Of a DNA stretch of 64,000 nucleotides, positions 45,801 through 55,248 are shown piece by piece. The DNA lies in contig JBDTZG010000007.1 in assembly GCA_040005235.1 (NCBI GenBank), positions 64,001 through 128,000 on the forward strand. Reading direction: 5' to 3'. Every line of letters begins with the position of its first letter. The stretch's first letter is position 1. The notes under the pieces were generated by a model. It made no database searches. It had not been told where the DNA came from and was given only the letters and a program-made list of their open reading frames with translations. The DNA comes from Acidobacteriota bacterium. GTDB lineage: Bacteria; Acidobacteriota; Thermoanaerobaculia; Multivoradales; UBA5704. A program made the translations under genes and the position numbers.

Positions 45801-47918
45801 GTGCGCGAGTCGGGTCCAGGTTTCGTCGATTGCACGGCGGATGGCGGTCACCGTTGTTTGAAAACCTACACGTATGGAACGGCGATCGGCGCAGCTTCAA
45901 CCGGCGGAACGGACTACCGTAAGGGGAAGATGGTCGCCGCCTCGCGGTTCAACCGGATCGGTGCGCCGTTCAATGTGACGGACGAGGTGACGACAGCCTA
46001 CGAGTACGCCGGTGCCGGCGGCCGGCTCTCGAAGCGCGAGGCCTCGCACGTCTTCGGTGGTACGGCGAAAGAGGGATTCAAGCAGACCTTCACCTGGGGC
46101 GAACTCGCCAACCTCGCGAGCGAGACCTATCCGGACTGCATCACGCCGACGCTTTGCGGTGCCTCGTCGCCGCGGACGATGGAGTATGGGCTGACCAACG
46201 GCCGATTGACCTCGGTCACGGACGGCACGGTACCGTCGGCCAAGGTGCCTCTCGCGAACTCGATCACCTACCACGCGAACGGCGCGATGGCGAGCGTGGT
46301 GCGCAACAACGGTACGCAGGACATCTATGGCCGCGACCCGAGCTGGATGTTGCGCCCTGCCTCGATTGCAACCCAGCGGACGAGCGATGGAGCGACGCTC
46401 TGGCAGACCGGCAGCTACAGCTACGATGGCTCGGGCAACGTCTGGAAGGTGGGCTCGGCGGCTTTCGTGTACGACAGCCTCTCGCGGCTTACGTCAGGAA
46501 CGGTTTTTCCAACCGCCCAGGGTGGCGGAGTGGCGCAAGCGCAGACCTATTCGTTCGACAACTACGGCAACATCAACAGCGTGACCACCAACGGCGTGGT
46601 GCGCACGACGACGACTTCGGCCTCGACCAACCGCCTGGCCGCGGGCGTGCCGAGCTACAGCCTCTCGGGATCGCTCACGGCCTGGAGCGGCAACAGCTAC
46701 GAGTACGACGCGTTTGACCAGATGACGCGCATGGTCTCGGGCGCAGAGGACTGGCGATACGTCTACGATGCGGACGGCGAGCGACTCTGGAGCTATCGGG
46801 TCGGCGGCGGCGGCTCGCTCTGGACCCTTCGCGGCTTGAACGCCCAGGTGCTTCGCGAGTATCGCGCCCACACGAGCTGGAGCACCTACGTCGACTACGC
46901 CTACCAGGGCTCGACGCTGCTGGCGCAGATCACCTCTCCAGCCACCGGCAACACGATCACCCACCTTCACCCCGATCACCTCGGCACATCGCGCCTCCAG
47001 ACCGGAGCGAACGCGAGCGTCTTGGGATTCCACGCCTACTTCCCCTTCGGCGAGGAGCTTTCACAGACATTCGCGAGCATCTACACCGACAGGATGCGTT
47101 TCACCGGGCACGAACGGGATCTCGCCAATGCCTCGGGATCGGGGGATGACCTCGACTACATGCACGCCCGGCACTGTTCGCCGTTGACGGGGCGGTTTCT
47201 GAGTTTCGATCCAATTGGAGGAAATGAGAGAAGTCCCCAGACATGGAATCGTTATGCTTACGTCTCCGGCAATCCTCTCAAGTTCACCGATCCCGAGGGG
47301 CTATTCGGTTTAGGGGTCTTTGCTATTTACCCAGCGAACGTGGGGGCTGACGCAGTCGAAGGGTATGGCGTAGGTTATTCTATGGATGTCGTCGCAAGAG
47401 GTGTCGGAACTTTGTACACAAACACCGGGACGAGCCTTTTCCTAGATGGCCTAACTTTTCGGAGTCAACTCGGGACGGCTTCGGGCGGGCCGAGAGATAG
47501 TGACTTCGGATTTGACTTCAGACGAGCCTTAACACTGAGTGGATCGGGTCTGCTTGCCTACGTTGATGGCTTGGTTCCTTTCGTAGACCCTCTTGAAGGT
47601 CTAGGCCTCTATGATTCTCAAGAGGTTGGCATGTCCTCAATGCAGGTGACTGGCGAAATTGCTTTGACAATAACTGGAGTTGCGGGCGCAGCAAAGGGAG
47701 CAAGCACACTTGCTGTCGAGGGCGCCACAGGCAGTGGAAGGTTGGCTGCAGTGGGTAGAGCACTCTTTCGGAAAGGAGGCATCTTAAACAGCAATCGCTA
47801 CCTTAGGCTCGGATATGGCCGAAGAGGCGGGGAACGAGTCTTTCGAGCTGCTGGAAGAGTTGTCGAGGCACTGTTCCGCCGGGCGCATATTGATATCAAG
47901 AGTCTGGGAAGTCTCTAG
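42888..47918 (+). CDS. Rhs/YD-repeat polymorphic toxin with Sec-type signal peptide
   Basis: Many YD repeats; core DHLGT.R, YFPFGE, FTGHERD, GRFLSFDP, NRYAYV..NPLKFTDPEG; about 200-aa lower-GC C-terminal extension. Confidence 0.93.
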   Translation: MNLPAFRRLAALGVFLVAATRGFAQEHPNVARGIANLSGDLDSVNPFNGNLSVAILIGQRYPVNSHLSYGLTLVYNSQVWDYEQRDDPNNVDHPFVQALPSLISNAGLGWLVTLGRFNPPSTSNDGNVVRDNYLAPDGSRHTFYGTLHEGETAVRGVLYTRDGSYLRYIAATATANQQIEFPDGTVHEFDAEGYPVTLRDRFGNSVAITYLAGGQNVPASQADVWRIADSASIRVQTVTFKTIPGLSLAESAKVVSQIDVAAFGSSQPATYLFHYDADSVSPAPITGCRNTDLMTMNLRVAELTQIDLPDGTTYRMPTYYPTTPSGPCKSGMLARLTLPTLGSIAWDFIEYVYPTESTTRGFWQRTSGVGTRQLIDGDGATVIGTWTYETAMTAPPLNAPRRELVNTTADPLGNRTVRYFSICAKSTCPIVDELYDYGLPFTRVSAGDGVGRFLSSQIFAPGNVLLRSFYARYERDADPFGSASLLEDKGRFNQRAASRRTVFQEGATSTVADEDLSDFDGYGHYRGQSMGGTFPGSNVRAVVTGYNPDKGTLGQPGFVPWPTASPWVLGTYTFSWESEGGQLLYRSFCFDGSNGYLLGRRVHAANGSNYLPNDLVETNTNDGKGNVGAEKSFGGDAQPVPTDAVGAWNLTCNSSGLSPVYQMTHTYSNGVRATSSVSVGGSSLKVLDQTIDGRTGLASSSRDTAGVATTYSYDGLGRPLSVAPTGIARTTYTYTNAANASSLARVTIAQVSAANATLAERRMTSDALGRPATEEERMPSGSLAPKRTNYNALGWKIYESNQGSITNGTTYSAFDPFGRPGTVTPADSNAHVVSLNYVGTRQVERTVLVATGTTAETAATTRETYDRFSRLYEVREPNGIVTRYGYDAGNRLASVCQNATGTNSCGQRREFHYDNRGLLLWENHPEKDPNVYSLGHDVDYLSFDARGQVLQKIDGANDVTYRYDAAGRLILVRESGPGFVDCTADGGHRCLKTYTYGTAIGAASTGGTDYRKGKMVAASRFNRIGAPFNVTDEVTTAYEYAGAGGRLSKREASHVFGGTAKEGFKQTFTWGELANLASETYPDCITPTLCGASSPRTMEYGLTNGRLTSVTDGTVPSAKVPLANSITYHANGAMASVVRNNGTQDIYGRDPSWMLRPASIATQRTSDGATLWQTGSYSYDGSGNVWKVGSAAFVYDSLSRLTSGTVFPTAQGGGVAQAQTYSFDNYGNINSVTTNGVVRTTTTSASTNRLAAGVPSYSLSGSLTAWSGNSYEYDAFDQMTRMVSGAEDWRYVYDADGERLWSYRVGGGGSLWTLRGLNAQVLREYRAHTSWSTYVDYAYQGSTLLAQITSPATGNTITHLHPDHLGTSRLQTGANASVLGFHAYFPFGEELSQTFASIYTDRMRFTGHERDLANASGSGDDLDYMHARHCSPLTGRFLSFDPIGGNERSPQTWNRYAYVSGNPLKFTDPEGLFGLGVFAIYPANVGADAVEGYGVGYSMDVVARGVGTLYTNTGTSLFLDGLTFRSQLGTASGGPRDSDFGFDFRRALTLSGSGLLAYVDGLVPFVDPLEGLGLYDSQEVGMSSMQVTGEIALTITGVAGAAKGASTLAVEGATGSGRLAAVGRALFRKGGILNSNRYLRLGYGRRGGERVFRAAGRVVEALFRRAHIDIKSLGSL

Positions 47919-47935
47919 CATAGTAGGGATGACTC

Positions 47936-48226
47936 GTGAACCAAACACAGTTTCAGGACGATTGTAGGGGGAGGGTCGATGAATGGGCGGCGAGGCTGGG
48001 GCTGAGCTTGAGTTTTGAACTCGTCAGCGGACGCTCGGAGCGCTATCTCAAGGGCGATCTGAGACTGCCGCAAGGTGATGAGGTCCAGATCTACATCTAT
48101 GAAGATGAGGCAGGATTTTTCCATCGAGAAGCCTGGCACGCTCTCGAATCTCAGGATTTCGACACTCCGGACGAGCTGGTCAAGCACCTATTGATGGAAC
48201 TCTTGGAAGTGCTAAAGAGACCATGA
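47936..48226 (+). CDS. Putative cognate immunity protein
   Basis: Small acidic ORF 17 bp after the Rhs stop, lower GC; assigned by position only. Confidence 0.55.
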   Translation: MNQTQFQDDCRGRVDEWAARLGLSLSFELVSGRSERYLKGDLRLPQGDEVQIYIYEDEAGFFHREAWHALESQDFDTPDELVKHLLMELLEVLKRP

Positions 48227-48659
48227 TGGGGCTGTTGGGGATGAGCATGCCGACTTCTCGATTTTTCGCAGTTTCCTTCGCCTGTGCCCTAGCTGTCAGC
48301 TGTTCCTGGTTGGATCAGGGTCGACAAGTGCGGACCGTAGCTAATATGCAAACGATCTCATCAGGGCTTGAGAGCCTGCGGGCGCTTCAACCAGATCTCC
48401 TCTCTGACCGCGGAAAAGTTCTTGGTGTAATCCGATCCGTTGCCTCGGGTCGAGATGCTTGGGGAAACGAATATCTCTACTACTACAAGATGAGCACGGC
48501 TGGACCTTCCTATGTCCTGATCTCGATGGGAAAGGACGGGCGGGCTGAGTACAAGAGTCCGGAGCTTTATTTTTCCCTCAGTGGGACGGAAATACATGTG
48601 AGCCTTGGCGAGACATCGTGTTTCGCGACGGCCACGCGGTTACGCTTGCGGGTAAGTAG
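48223..48659 (+). pseudogene. GspG-C-terminal-like (pseudopilin-like) lipoprotein, frameshifted near 48598
   Basis: DAWGNEYLY...YVLISMGKDG; the plausible C-terminus EPWRDIVFRDGHAVTLAGK* is in a shifted frame ending at 48659. Confidence 0.55.
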
Positions 48660-48719
48660 TCCAACCTACGTCTTGAACACCGGAGTCGACGAAGAGTTTT
48701 GTGGAGTCGGAATACAGTC

Positions 48720-49370
48720 ATGCCCGCTATAGAGGAGAGCAGAGGTGCTGCCCTGCTGAAAGCTGTTTCCGAGCTGAAGCCCGCTAGGACGCACGGGAAC
48801 CTTCGCTCAATCGTGAGCCTGCTCACCCACCGCTCGGTTCTGGTCCGCATTGCGGCGGTCGAGTGCCTGGCAAGGGCCAACGCGGGCCATTCTGAACTCC
48901 GAGCAGCACTCTCCACTGAAAAGAACGACCTTGTGCTCTCGGCGATCTGTGAGGTATTGGAAGAGGCCGGGGATCGCAAGAGCGTCAAGCCGCTCAAGGC
49001 ACTTGCGGAGAATCACCGGTCGACGGTAGCCCGAACGAGCGCCTTAGAGGGGATCTATTCGCTGGAGGGTGCTCGTGCGATGCCATTTTTGCGCCGTCGC
49101 TTGACGGCCGAGAAATCGCCGAGGGTCCGAGCGACGCTCGAAGTGCTCCTCTGGTGTCTCGGTGCCGTACCCTCGCTGGAGAGGGTCAAGGCCGCTCTGC
49201 GTTCGAGGGATTACATCGTTCGCTGCTCGATCGCGAACCTGTTGGAGAGGCTCACGCCCCGACAAAAGCGGCAGGAGGTGATCGCTGTGCTCGAAGCTTC
49301 CCTCGAAGCCGAGCCGACCGTCGCCGCACGGAGCAGCCTCGAGAGTGCAATTCGATCGCTTGGACGATAA
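48720..49370 (+). CDS. HEAT-repeat protein (possible orphan immunity protein)
   Basis: Repeated VR.AA..L / VRATL / VRCSIA..L helical units. Confidence 0.7.
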   Translation: MPAIEESRGAALLKAVSELKPARTHGNLRSIVSLLTHRSVLVRIAAVECLARANAGHSELRAALSTEKNDLVLSAICEVLEEAGDRKSVKPLKALAENHRSTVARTSALEGIYSLEGARAMPFLRRRLTAEKSPRVRATLEVLLWCLGAVPSLERVKAALRSRDYIVRCSIANLLERLTPRQKRQEVIAVLEASLEAEPTVAARSSLESAIRSLGR

Positions 49371-49424
49371 AGAGTCTACTGAGAGTTTCCACGCGCTCGA
49401 ACCCCCATAGAATGCCCTGAACTC

Positions 49425-50438
49425 ATGGGCCTCTACCCGCTGATCCGTCCTCTTCTCTTCTGCCTCGATGCCGAGACCGGCCACGACGTGGGCTTGGCCG
49501 CGCTCCGTGCCGCGCAGGCGATTCCGGGCTGGACGGCGCTTGGGGCCAGGCGCAACCGTGCGACCGATCCGCGCCTCGCGCGCCGGCTGTTGGGGACGAC
49601 GTTCCCGAACCCGATCGGCCTCGCGGCCGGGTTCGACAAGGACGGCCGCGCGGTGCGGGGGCTCGCCGTGCTCGGCTTCGGCTTCGTCGAAATCGGGACC
49701 GTGACGCCTCTGCCCCAACCCGGCAACCCCCGCCCGCGGATGTTTCGGCACCCGAAACTCCAGACGCTTCAGAACGCACTCGGCTTCAACAACCGGGGGA
49801 TGGCCGCGATGGTCGCCGCGCTCGAACGCCTCGGACCGCCGCCGGTGCCGCTCGGCATCAATCTGGGCAAGAACAAGGCGACGCCGCCCGAGCGGGCGAT
49901 CGACGACTACGAGATTCTCCTCCGCGGCCTGGAGCGTTTCGCCGAATATCTGGTGATCAACCTTTCCTCGCCGAACACCCCCGGCCTGCGCGACCTGCAG
50001 AACGAGAGCTTCCTTCGCGAGCTGTTCCGCCGCGCCGAGACGATTACCACCAAGCCGATCTTGGTGAAGATCTCCCCCGACTTGCCTCCCGCCGAGGCGG
50101 CAGAGCTTTCGACCGCGGCGCTCGATTTGGGAGCCGCCGGTCTGATCGCCACCAACACGACGATCGACTACGACCTGGTACCGGGTTGCGAACCACGTGG
50201 CGGACTCTCTGGCCGGATCCTCAAGAATTGCAGCTTCGCCACCTTGAAGGCGATCGCTCCCCGCATCCGCGACCGCGGCGTGCTGATCTCTGTCGGCGGC
50301 ATAGATTCCGGGGAAGAAGCGCTCCGCCGCCTCGACGCTGGGGCGCATCTGGTGCAGCTCTACACGGGGATGGTCTTCGAAGGCCCGGGATTGCCGCGGC
50401 GGATGGTGCGGGAGATGGCGGCGGGGACTGCTGGGTAG
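49425..50438 (+). CDS. pyrD: Quinone-dependent dihydroorotate dehydrogenase
   Basis: GLAAGFDK, GN.RPRMFR, N.LGFNN, NLSSPNTPGLR, KISPD, TNTT, GGLSG. Confidence 0.95.
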   Translation: MGLYPLIRPLLFCLDAETGHDVGLAALRAAQAIPGWTALGARRNRATDPRLARRLLGTTFPNPIGLAAGFDKDGRAVRGLAVLGFGFVEIGTVTPLPQPGNPRPRMFRHPKLQTLQNALGFNNRGMAAMVAALERLGPPPVPLGINLGKNKATPPERAIDDYEILLRGLERFAEYLVINLSSPNTPGLRDLQNESFLRELFRRAETITTKPILVKISPDLPPAEAAELSTAALDLGAAGLIATNTTIDYDLVPGCEPRGGLSGRILKNCSFATLKAIAPRIRDRGVLISVGGIDSGEEALRRLDAGAHLVQLYTGMVFEGPGLPRRMVREMAAGTAG

Positions 50439-50495
50439 ACAAGCCGGGGATTGCCAAGTCTTCTAAGTTCCTGCGATGCGTTCGGAGCCTCCGCC

Positions 50496-50831
50496 TCAGC
50501 GAAGGCAGGCATCCACCAGGTCGAGGACATCCTGCAGAAACTCGGACGGTGCCCGCTCGACGAACCGGGTCCGACGGCTCTGATGATCGATGGACTTGAC
50601 CTGCTCGACCATGACGAAACCGGACAGCGACGAAGAGGTCGGGAGAGGGAGGTGAAAGGGGAACCTGCGGTCCGTGTTCGTGATCGGGCAAACGATCGCC
50701 AGCCCCGTGTGCTGATTGAAGAGGTCTTTGCTGACGACCAGTGCCGGCCTCCGCCCCTTCTGTTCATGACCCGCCTGGGGATCGAAGGAGAGAGTTACGA
50801 AATCCCCCTGCCTCGGCGTGTAGCGAGGCAC
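50496..50831 (-). CDS. mazF: MazF/PemK endoribonuclease toxin
   Basis: GD.V...FDP..GHEQ.GRRPALVVS...FN, CPIT, EQVKSID. Confidence 0.93.
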   Translation of the reverse strand: MPRYTPRQGDFVTLSFDPQAGHEQKGRRPALVVSKDLFNQHTGLAIVCPITNTDRRFPFHLPLPTSSSLSGFVMVEQVKSIDHQSRRTRFVERAPSEFLQDVLDLVDACLR

Positions 50832-51074
50832 CTACCACTCCTCCCGACCTACCGGGGGTCCGAAAGAGACCTCATGCGGTTGATAGTCCTTCGGGATTCG
50901 AGCGACCAACTCAGCGAGGTCGAACTTGGGCCTCGCAATCTTTCGCACCACGATCTCGCCCGCGCTCACGAGGATCTCCACATCGTCCCCTACCGCGAGA
51001 GTGGCGAGCTCGAGCATCTGCTTTGAGATCCGCAACCCCTGGCTGTTTCCCCACTTCTGAACCTTTGCGACCAT
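50832..51074 (-). CDS. mazE: MazE/AbrB antitoxin
   Basis: MVAKVQKWGNSQGLRI...L.ELVA.I...G.PVG.E.W; GGAGG RBS. Confidence 0.92.
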   Translation of the reverse strand: MVAKVQKWGNSQGLRISKQMLELATLAVGDDVEILVSAGEIVVRKIARPKFDLAELVARIPKDYQPHEVSFGPPVGREEW

Positions 51075-51092
51075 GGCGGCACCTCCCATTTA

Positions 51093-51132
51093 CGTATAGC
51101 CGATGTATATACGCCAGGGTTGGAGGTGTCAA
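51093..51132 (-). promoter_or_regulatory. mazEF promoter/operator
   Basis: TTGACA at 51132-51127; inverted repeat CGTATA-N9-TATACG at 51093-51113. Confidence 0.6.
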
Positions 51133-51178
51133 CGTCTGCCACCGTTCAGGCCGAAGCGGCGCGTGCTACGGTGACCGA

Positions 51179-52624
51179 ATGGCCGACGACCTCATCCTGC
51201 TCACCGGCGCCACGGGCTATGTGGGCGGGCGGCTGCTGACGGCGCTCGAAGCGCGGGGATTGGCCGTTCGCTGTCTCGCGCGGCGGCCGGCTCATCTCGA
51301 CGGGCGGCTTGGGCAGAATAGCCAGGCGGTCGCCGGTGACGTGCTCGATCCGGCTTCGCTGGAGGCCGCGTTCGAAGGCGTCACAGCGGCCTATTACCTC
51401 GTTCACTCGATGGGTTCGACCGGCGAGTTCGAGGAGCAAGACCGGCGTGCCGCCGAGAGCTTTGCCCGCGCGGCGGAAGCAGCCGGAGTGCGCCGCATCA
51501 TCTACCTCGGCGGGCTCGGCCAGGCGACCCCCGGCCTTTCGGCCCATCTGCGCAGCCGCCACGAGGTCGGCGAGATTTTGCGGGCGGGTGCGGTGCCGGT
51601 CGTCGAGCTGCGCGCTTCGATCGTGATCGGGCCCGGCAGCCTGTCGTTCGAAATGGTGCGCGCCCTGGTCGAGCGCCTGCCGGTGATGATCACGCCGCGC
51701 TGGGTAGACACTCCGGCGCAGCCGATCGCGATCGCCGATTTGCTCGCCTACTTGCTGGCGGCGCTCGACCTGGACCTTGCCGAGAGCCGCATCTTCGAGA
51801 TCGGCGGTGCGGAGGTCGTCTCCTATGGCGGCATCATGCGCGAGTACGCCCGCCAGCGGGGCTTATGGCGCCGGATGATCCGGGTCCCCGTGCTCAGCCC
51901 ACGGCTTTCCTCGCTCTGGCTCGGTCTGGTCACGCCGCTCTACGCTCGGGTCGGGCGGAAGCTGGTCGACAGCATGCGCCACGCGACCGTGGTGACGGAT
52001 GACGCCGCCGCGCAGGCCTTTGCGATTCGGCCGATGGGTCTGCGCACGGCGATCGAGAAGGCGCTGCGCGGCGAGGAGCGCGAATTTGCGGCGCCCCGGT
52101 GGTCGGATGCGCTGTCGGCCGCCGGCCCGGTGCGCGAATGGGGAGGAGTCCGCTTTGGCAACCGCCTGGTCGATTCCCGCCGACTTCGAGTGAACGTACC
52201 GCCGGCAGCGGCTTTCGTACCGATCCGCCGGATCGGCGGCACGACCGGCTGGTACTTTGGCGATTGGCTGTGGCACCTGCGCGGCGCGCTCGACCTTCTG
52301 TTCGGCGGCGTCGGCATCCGCCGCGGACGCGTCGACCCCGAACAATTGCGCGTCGGCGACGTGCTCGACTGCTGGCGCGTCGAAACCTTCGAGTCCGACC
52401 ATCGACTCGTCCTCTCCGCCGAGATGCTCCTACCCGGGCGCGCCTGGCTCGAATTCGAGGTGACGCCCGACGGTTCCGGCTCGCTGATCCAACAGACCGC
52501 GAGCTTCGACCCCATCGGTCTCGCGGGTCTCGCCTACTGGTACAGCGTCTGGCCCCTCCACCAGGTCATCTTCGAAGGAATGCTCCGCGCGATCGGCGCC
52601 AAGGCCGGGGAGGGAGGCCCTTGA
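51179..52624 (+). CDS. YbjT-like atypical SDR oxidoreductase with DUF2867 C-terminal domain
   Basis: TGATGYVG, YYLVHSM, S.HL.SR.EVG, IGG..GWY, LPGRAWLEF. Confidence 0.9.
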   Translation: MADDLILLTGATGYVGGRLLTALEARGLAVRCLARRPAHLDGRLGQNSQAVAGDVLDPASLEAAFEGVTAAYYLVHSMGSTGEFEEQDRRAAESFARAAEAAGVRRIIYLGGLGQATPGLSAHLRSRHEVGEILRAGAVPVVELRASIVIGPGSLSFEMVRALVERLPVMITPRWVDTPAQPIAIADLLAYLLAALDLDLAESRIFEIGGAEVVSYGGIMREYARQRGLWRRMIRVPVLSPRLSSLWLGLVTPLYARVGRKLVDSMRHATVVTDDAAAQAFAIRPMGLRTAIEKALRGEEREFAAPRWSDALSAAGPVREWGGVRFGNRLVDSRRLRVNVPPAAAFVPIRRIGGTTGWYFGDWLWHLRGALDLLFGGVGIRRGRVDPEQLRVGDVLDCWRVETFESDHRLVLSAEMLLPGRAWLEFEVTPDGSGSLIQQTASFDPIGLAGLAYWYSVWPLHQVIFEGMLRAIGAKAGEGGP

Positions 52625-52732
52625 GCGGGTCCGTCCAAGAAGGCGGGCGGAAACACCGAAGGCGGAATCAGCCCCTCGGTGCGACCGTTCCAACTTCGAA
52701 GGCTCTTCGGCTCGGCCGAAAAGGGGATCGTG

Positions 52733-53758
52733 ATGAGGAAATTCGCGCTGGCTTGGGTCTGGCTTCTGGTGGGGTGCCAAACCACCGCTCCGCCCCCTCC
52801 CGTGCCGCCCGCGGCGACATTTGCAGCACCTGCCGCAGCGTTCAACGCTACGCACCTGACCTGGCCCGCGGGGCTTCCGGTCTATGACCACGTGGTGATC
52901 GTCGTCGAAGAGAACAAGGATTACGAGCAAATCTTCGAGGCGCCAAATTCACCTCAAGTTGCGCCCTACTTTCAGCAACTGAAGAGCGTCGGCGCGAGTC
53001 TCACCCAGATGTTTGCCGAAGAGCACCACAGCGAGGGCAACTACTTCTGGCTCTTCTCGGGGAGCAACCAGGACGTCGGGTTCATCGACCAGATTCCCTC
53101 GGCGATGTTTTCAACCCACAACCTGGGAGAGCGATTGGTTGCCTCTGGCCGCACATTCAAAGGGTATTCAGAAGATCTTCCCGTGATCGGCTCTAAAATA
53201 AATGGTGCCGGCCTCTACGCCAGAAAGCACGTCCCTTGGGCCAGTTTCTCAAACTTGCCGACCGGCACCACCGCGACCACCTCGGCAAACCTCCGCTTCA
53301 AGGATTTTCCCGCCGACTACTCGACCCTCCCGACCGTGTCTTTCGTCATCCCCAACCTCGTCAATGACATGCACGACGGCTCGACCGCGAGCGCCATTAC
53401 GGCTGGGGATAAGTGGCTCAGGAAACATTTCGATGGCCCGAACGGCTATCTCGCTTGGGCCACCCAAAACAACAGCCTGCTGATCATCACCTTCGATGAG
53501 AACGACCACGGCCCCTCCGGCCTCACCGATCCCGCCGCCGCGGACTGGAAAAAGCGCAACCGCATCGTCACGATTCTCGCCGGAGCCCACGTCAAACCCG
53601 GCTACGAGGAAAGCCAGCGAGTCACCCACGTCAACCTCCTACGTACGCTGGAGGCGATGTACGGGTTGGAGAAGTCGGGGGCTCAACAGACGCTCGCGAA
53701 GAATGCGGGCATTTCGGACGACGCCATTCTCAAAGATGTCTTCGAGCCGGGGCCGTAG
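52733..53758 (+). CDS. Phosphoesterase/acid phosphatase-family lipoprotein
   Basis: LVGC lipobox; HVVIVVEEN, SEGNY, Y.RKH.P, NDMHD, ITFDE. Confidence 0.85.
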   Translation: MRKFALAWVWLLVGCQTTAPPPPVPPAATFAAPAAAFNATHLTWPAGLPVYDHVVIVVEENKDYEQIFEAPNSPQVAPYFQQLKSVGASLTQMFAEEHHSEGNYFWLFSGSNQDVGFIDQIPSAMFSTHNLGERLVASGRTFKGYSEDLPVIGSKINGAGLYARKHVPWASFSNLPTGTTATTSANLRFKDFPADYSTLPTVSFVIPNLVNDMHDGSTASAITAGDKWLRKHFDGPNGYLAWATQNNSLLIITFDENDHGPSGLTDPAAADWKKRNRIVTILAGAHVKPGYEESQRVTHVNLLRTLEAMYGLEKSGAQQTLAKNAGISDDAILKDVFEPGP

Positions 53759-53802
53759 CCGAAGGCCGACTCCTGCGGTCCGCAGTCGACCTCGGCCTAC
53801 TA

Positions 53803-55248
53803 TTGGACGGCGTCGAGCATGAACCGCAACGAGGCGTTCGCCTGCCAGACCAACGACCAGCCGCCGGGCTGCCCCGGCGTGCAGCCCTGACCTGCGCAGG
53901 CGCTTGGTTCGTAACCTTGGCGGGAGCATTGGACGCCGCAGCGCAACCGCATCTCGTCACTGATCTCAATCAGGGGAGGGTGCCGGCCTATCTCCCGGCC
54001 CAGCTGTCGCAGGCGTCGAGCACGACGGCGTGCTCTATTTTCAGGGCGAGGATCCCCAGCACGGCTCCGAGCTCTGGCGGACGGACGGCACCGCGGAGGG
54101 CACTTACGCCCTGGTCGATCTCTGTCCGGGCAGCTGCTGGGGCTTAGGCGAGCCCCTGGGCTTTTTTGCCGGGCACCTCTATTTTCGCGGCGACGACCGC
54201 GAGCATGGGGCCGAGATCTGGCGCACGGACGGAACGGTGGGCGGCGAGGAGCTGCTCGCGGACCTCTGTCCGGGGACTTGCGGGACCGAACCGAGGGGCT
54301 GGAGCGAGTGGCGAGGAAAGCTTTGGTTCCTCACCCAGGCGTCCGGCGGGACAGCCACACTCTGGAACAGCGACGCCACCGCAGCAGGGACGAAGCCGGT
54401 CGCCAACCTCTGTGACGACTTCCGTCTCCGACGCCGCAGATAGGAAGGTCGACGCATCCACCTGGCCGGCCCGCCGCGCCCGGATGGCGAGATCGCCGGG
54501 TTCGGGGAGGGGATCTTGATCTCCCGCGGCTACCGCGAGCTATGGAAGATCGACGGCGCGGGAGCGACCGTCGAGCGGGTGCATGATTTTCAGCCCGAAA
54601 ACGGCGGGTCCGGCCCGATCGACCAGCTCGTCTTGGGAGACCGGCTGGTGTTCTTGTCGCTCGACGGCACAAGGAAGCTTTTCTCTTCCGACGGCTCCGC
54701 GGCAGGCACGCCGCTTGGTGAGAGACGTCAACCCGAAGCGGCTGCCGAACCCCAATTTCTATCCCAACGATCCGCGGTTCGGACCCGAGCAGATCGGCGA
54801 GGGCTCGGACCCGAGCGACCCGGTCCTTGCCGGCGTCTCCCAGGCGCGAGACCTCACCCTCGTCGGGGGCCGACTGTTCTTCGTGGCGTTCCGGCCGGAA
54901 ACAGGCACCGAGCTGTGGATCTCCGAGGGCACGGCCGAGACCACCCACATGGTGACCGACCTCCGCCCCGGCCCGCGCGGTTCGGCCCCTCAGTTCCTCA
55001 AGGTCGTGGGCCACCGGGTGGTCTTCGCGGCCGACGACGGCCTCTCGGGGCTTGAACCGTGGAGCAGCGACGGCACCCCTGAGGGGACCGTCCGGCTGGG
55101 AGACATCGCGCCGGGGCGGGACGCGAGCACGCCGGGGGCCTTCAGCATCGCCAACGGCCAGCTTCTCTTCGGGGCCGACGACGGCGAGCACGGGCGGGAG
55201 TTGTGGGCGATTCCGTTCGGGGACGTGGTGGGAGCGGCGGTGCGATAG
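53803..55248 (+). pseudogene. Disrupted ELWxxDGT-repeat surface protein
   Basis: ELWRTDGT, EIWRTDGT, ELWISEGT, EPWSSDGT, GRELW repeats; frameshifts near 54005 and 54710 and an in-frame TAG at 54441. Confidence 0.8.
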
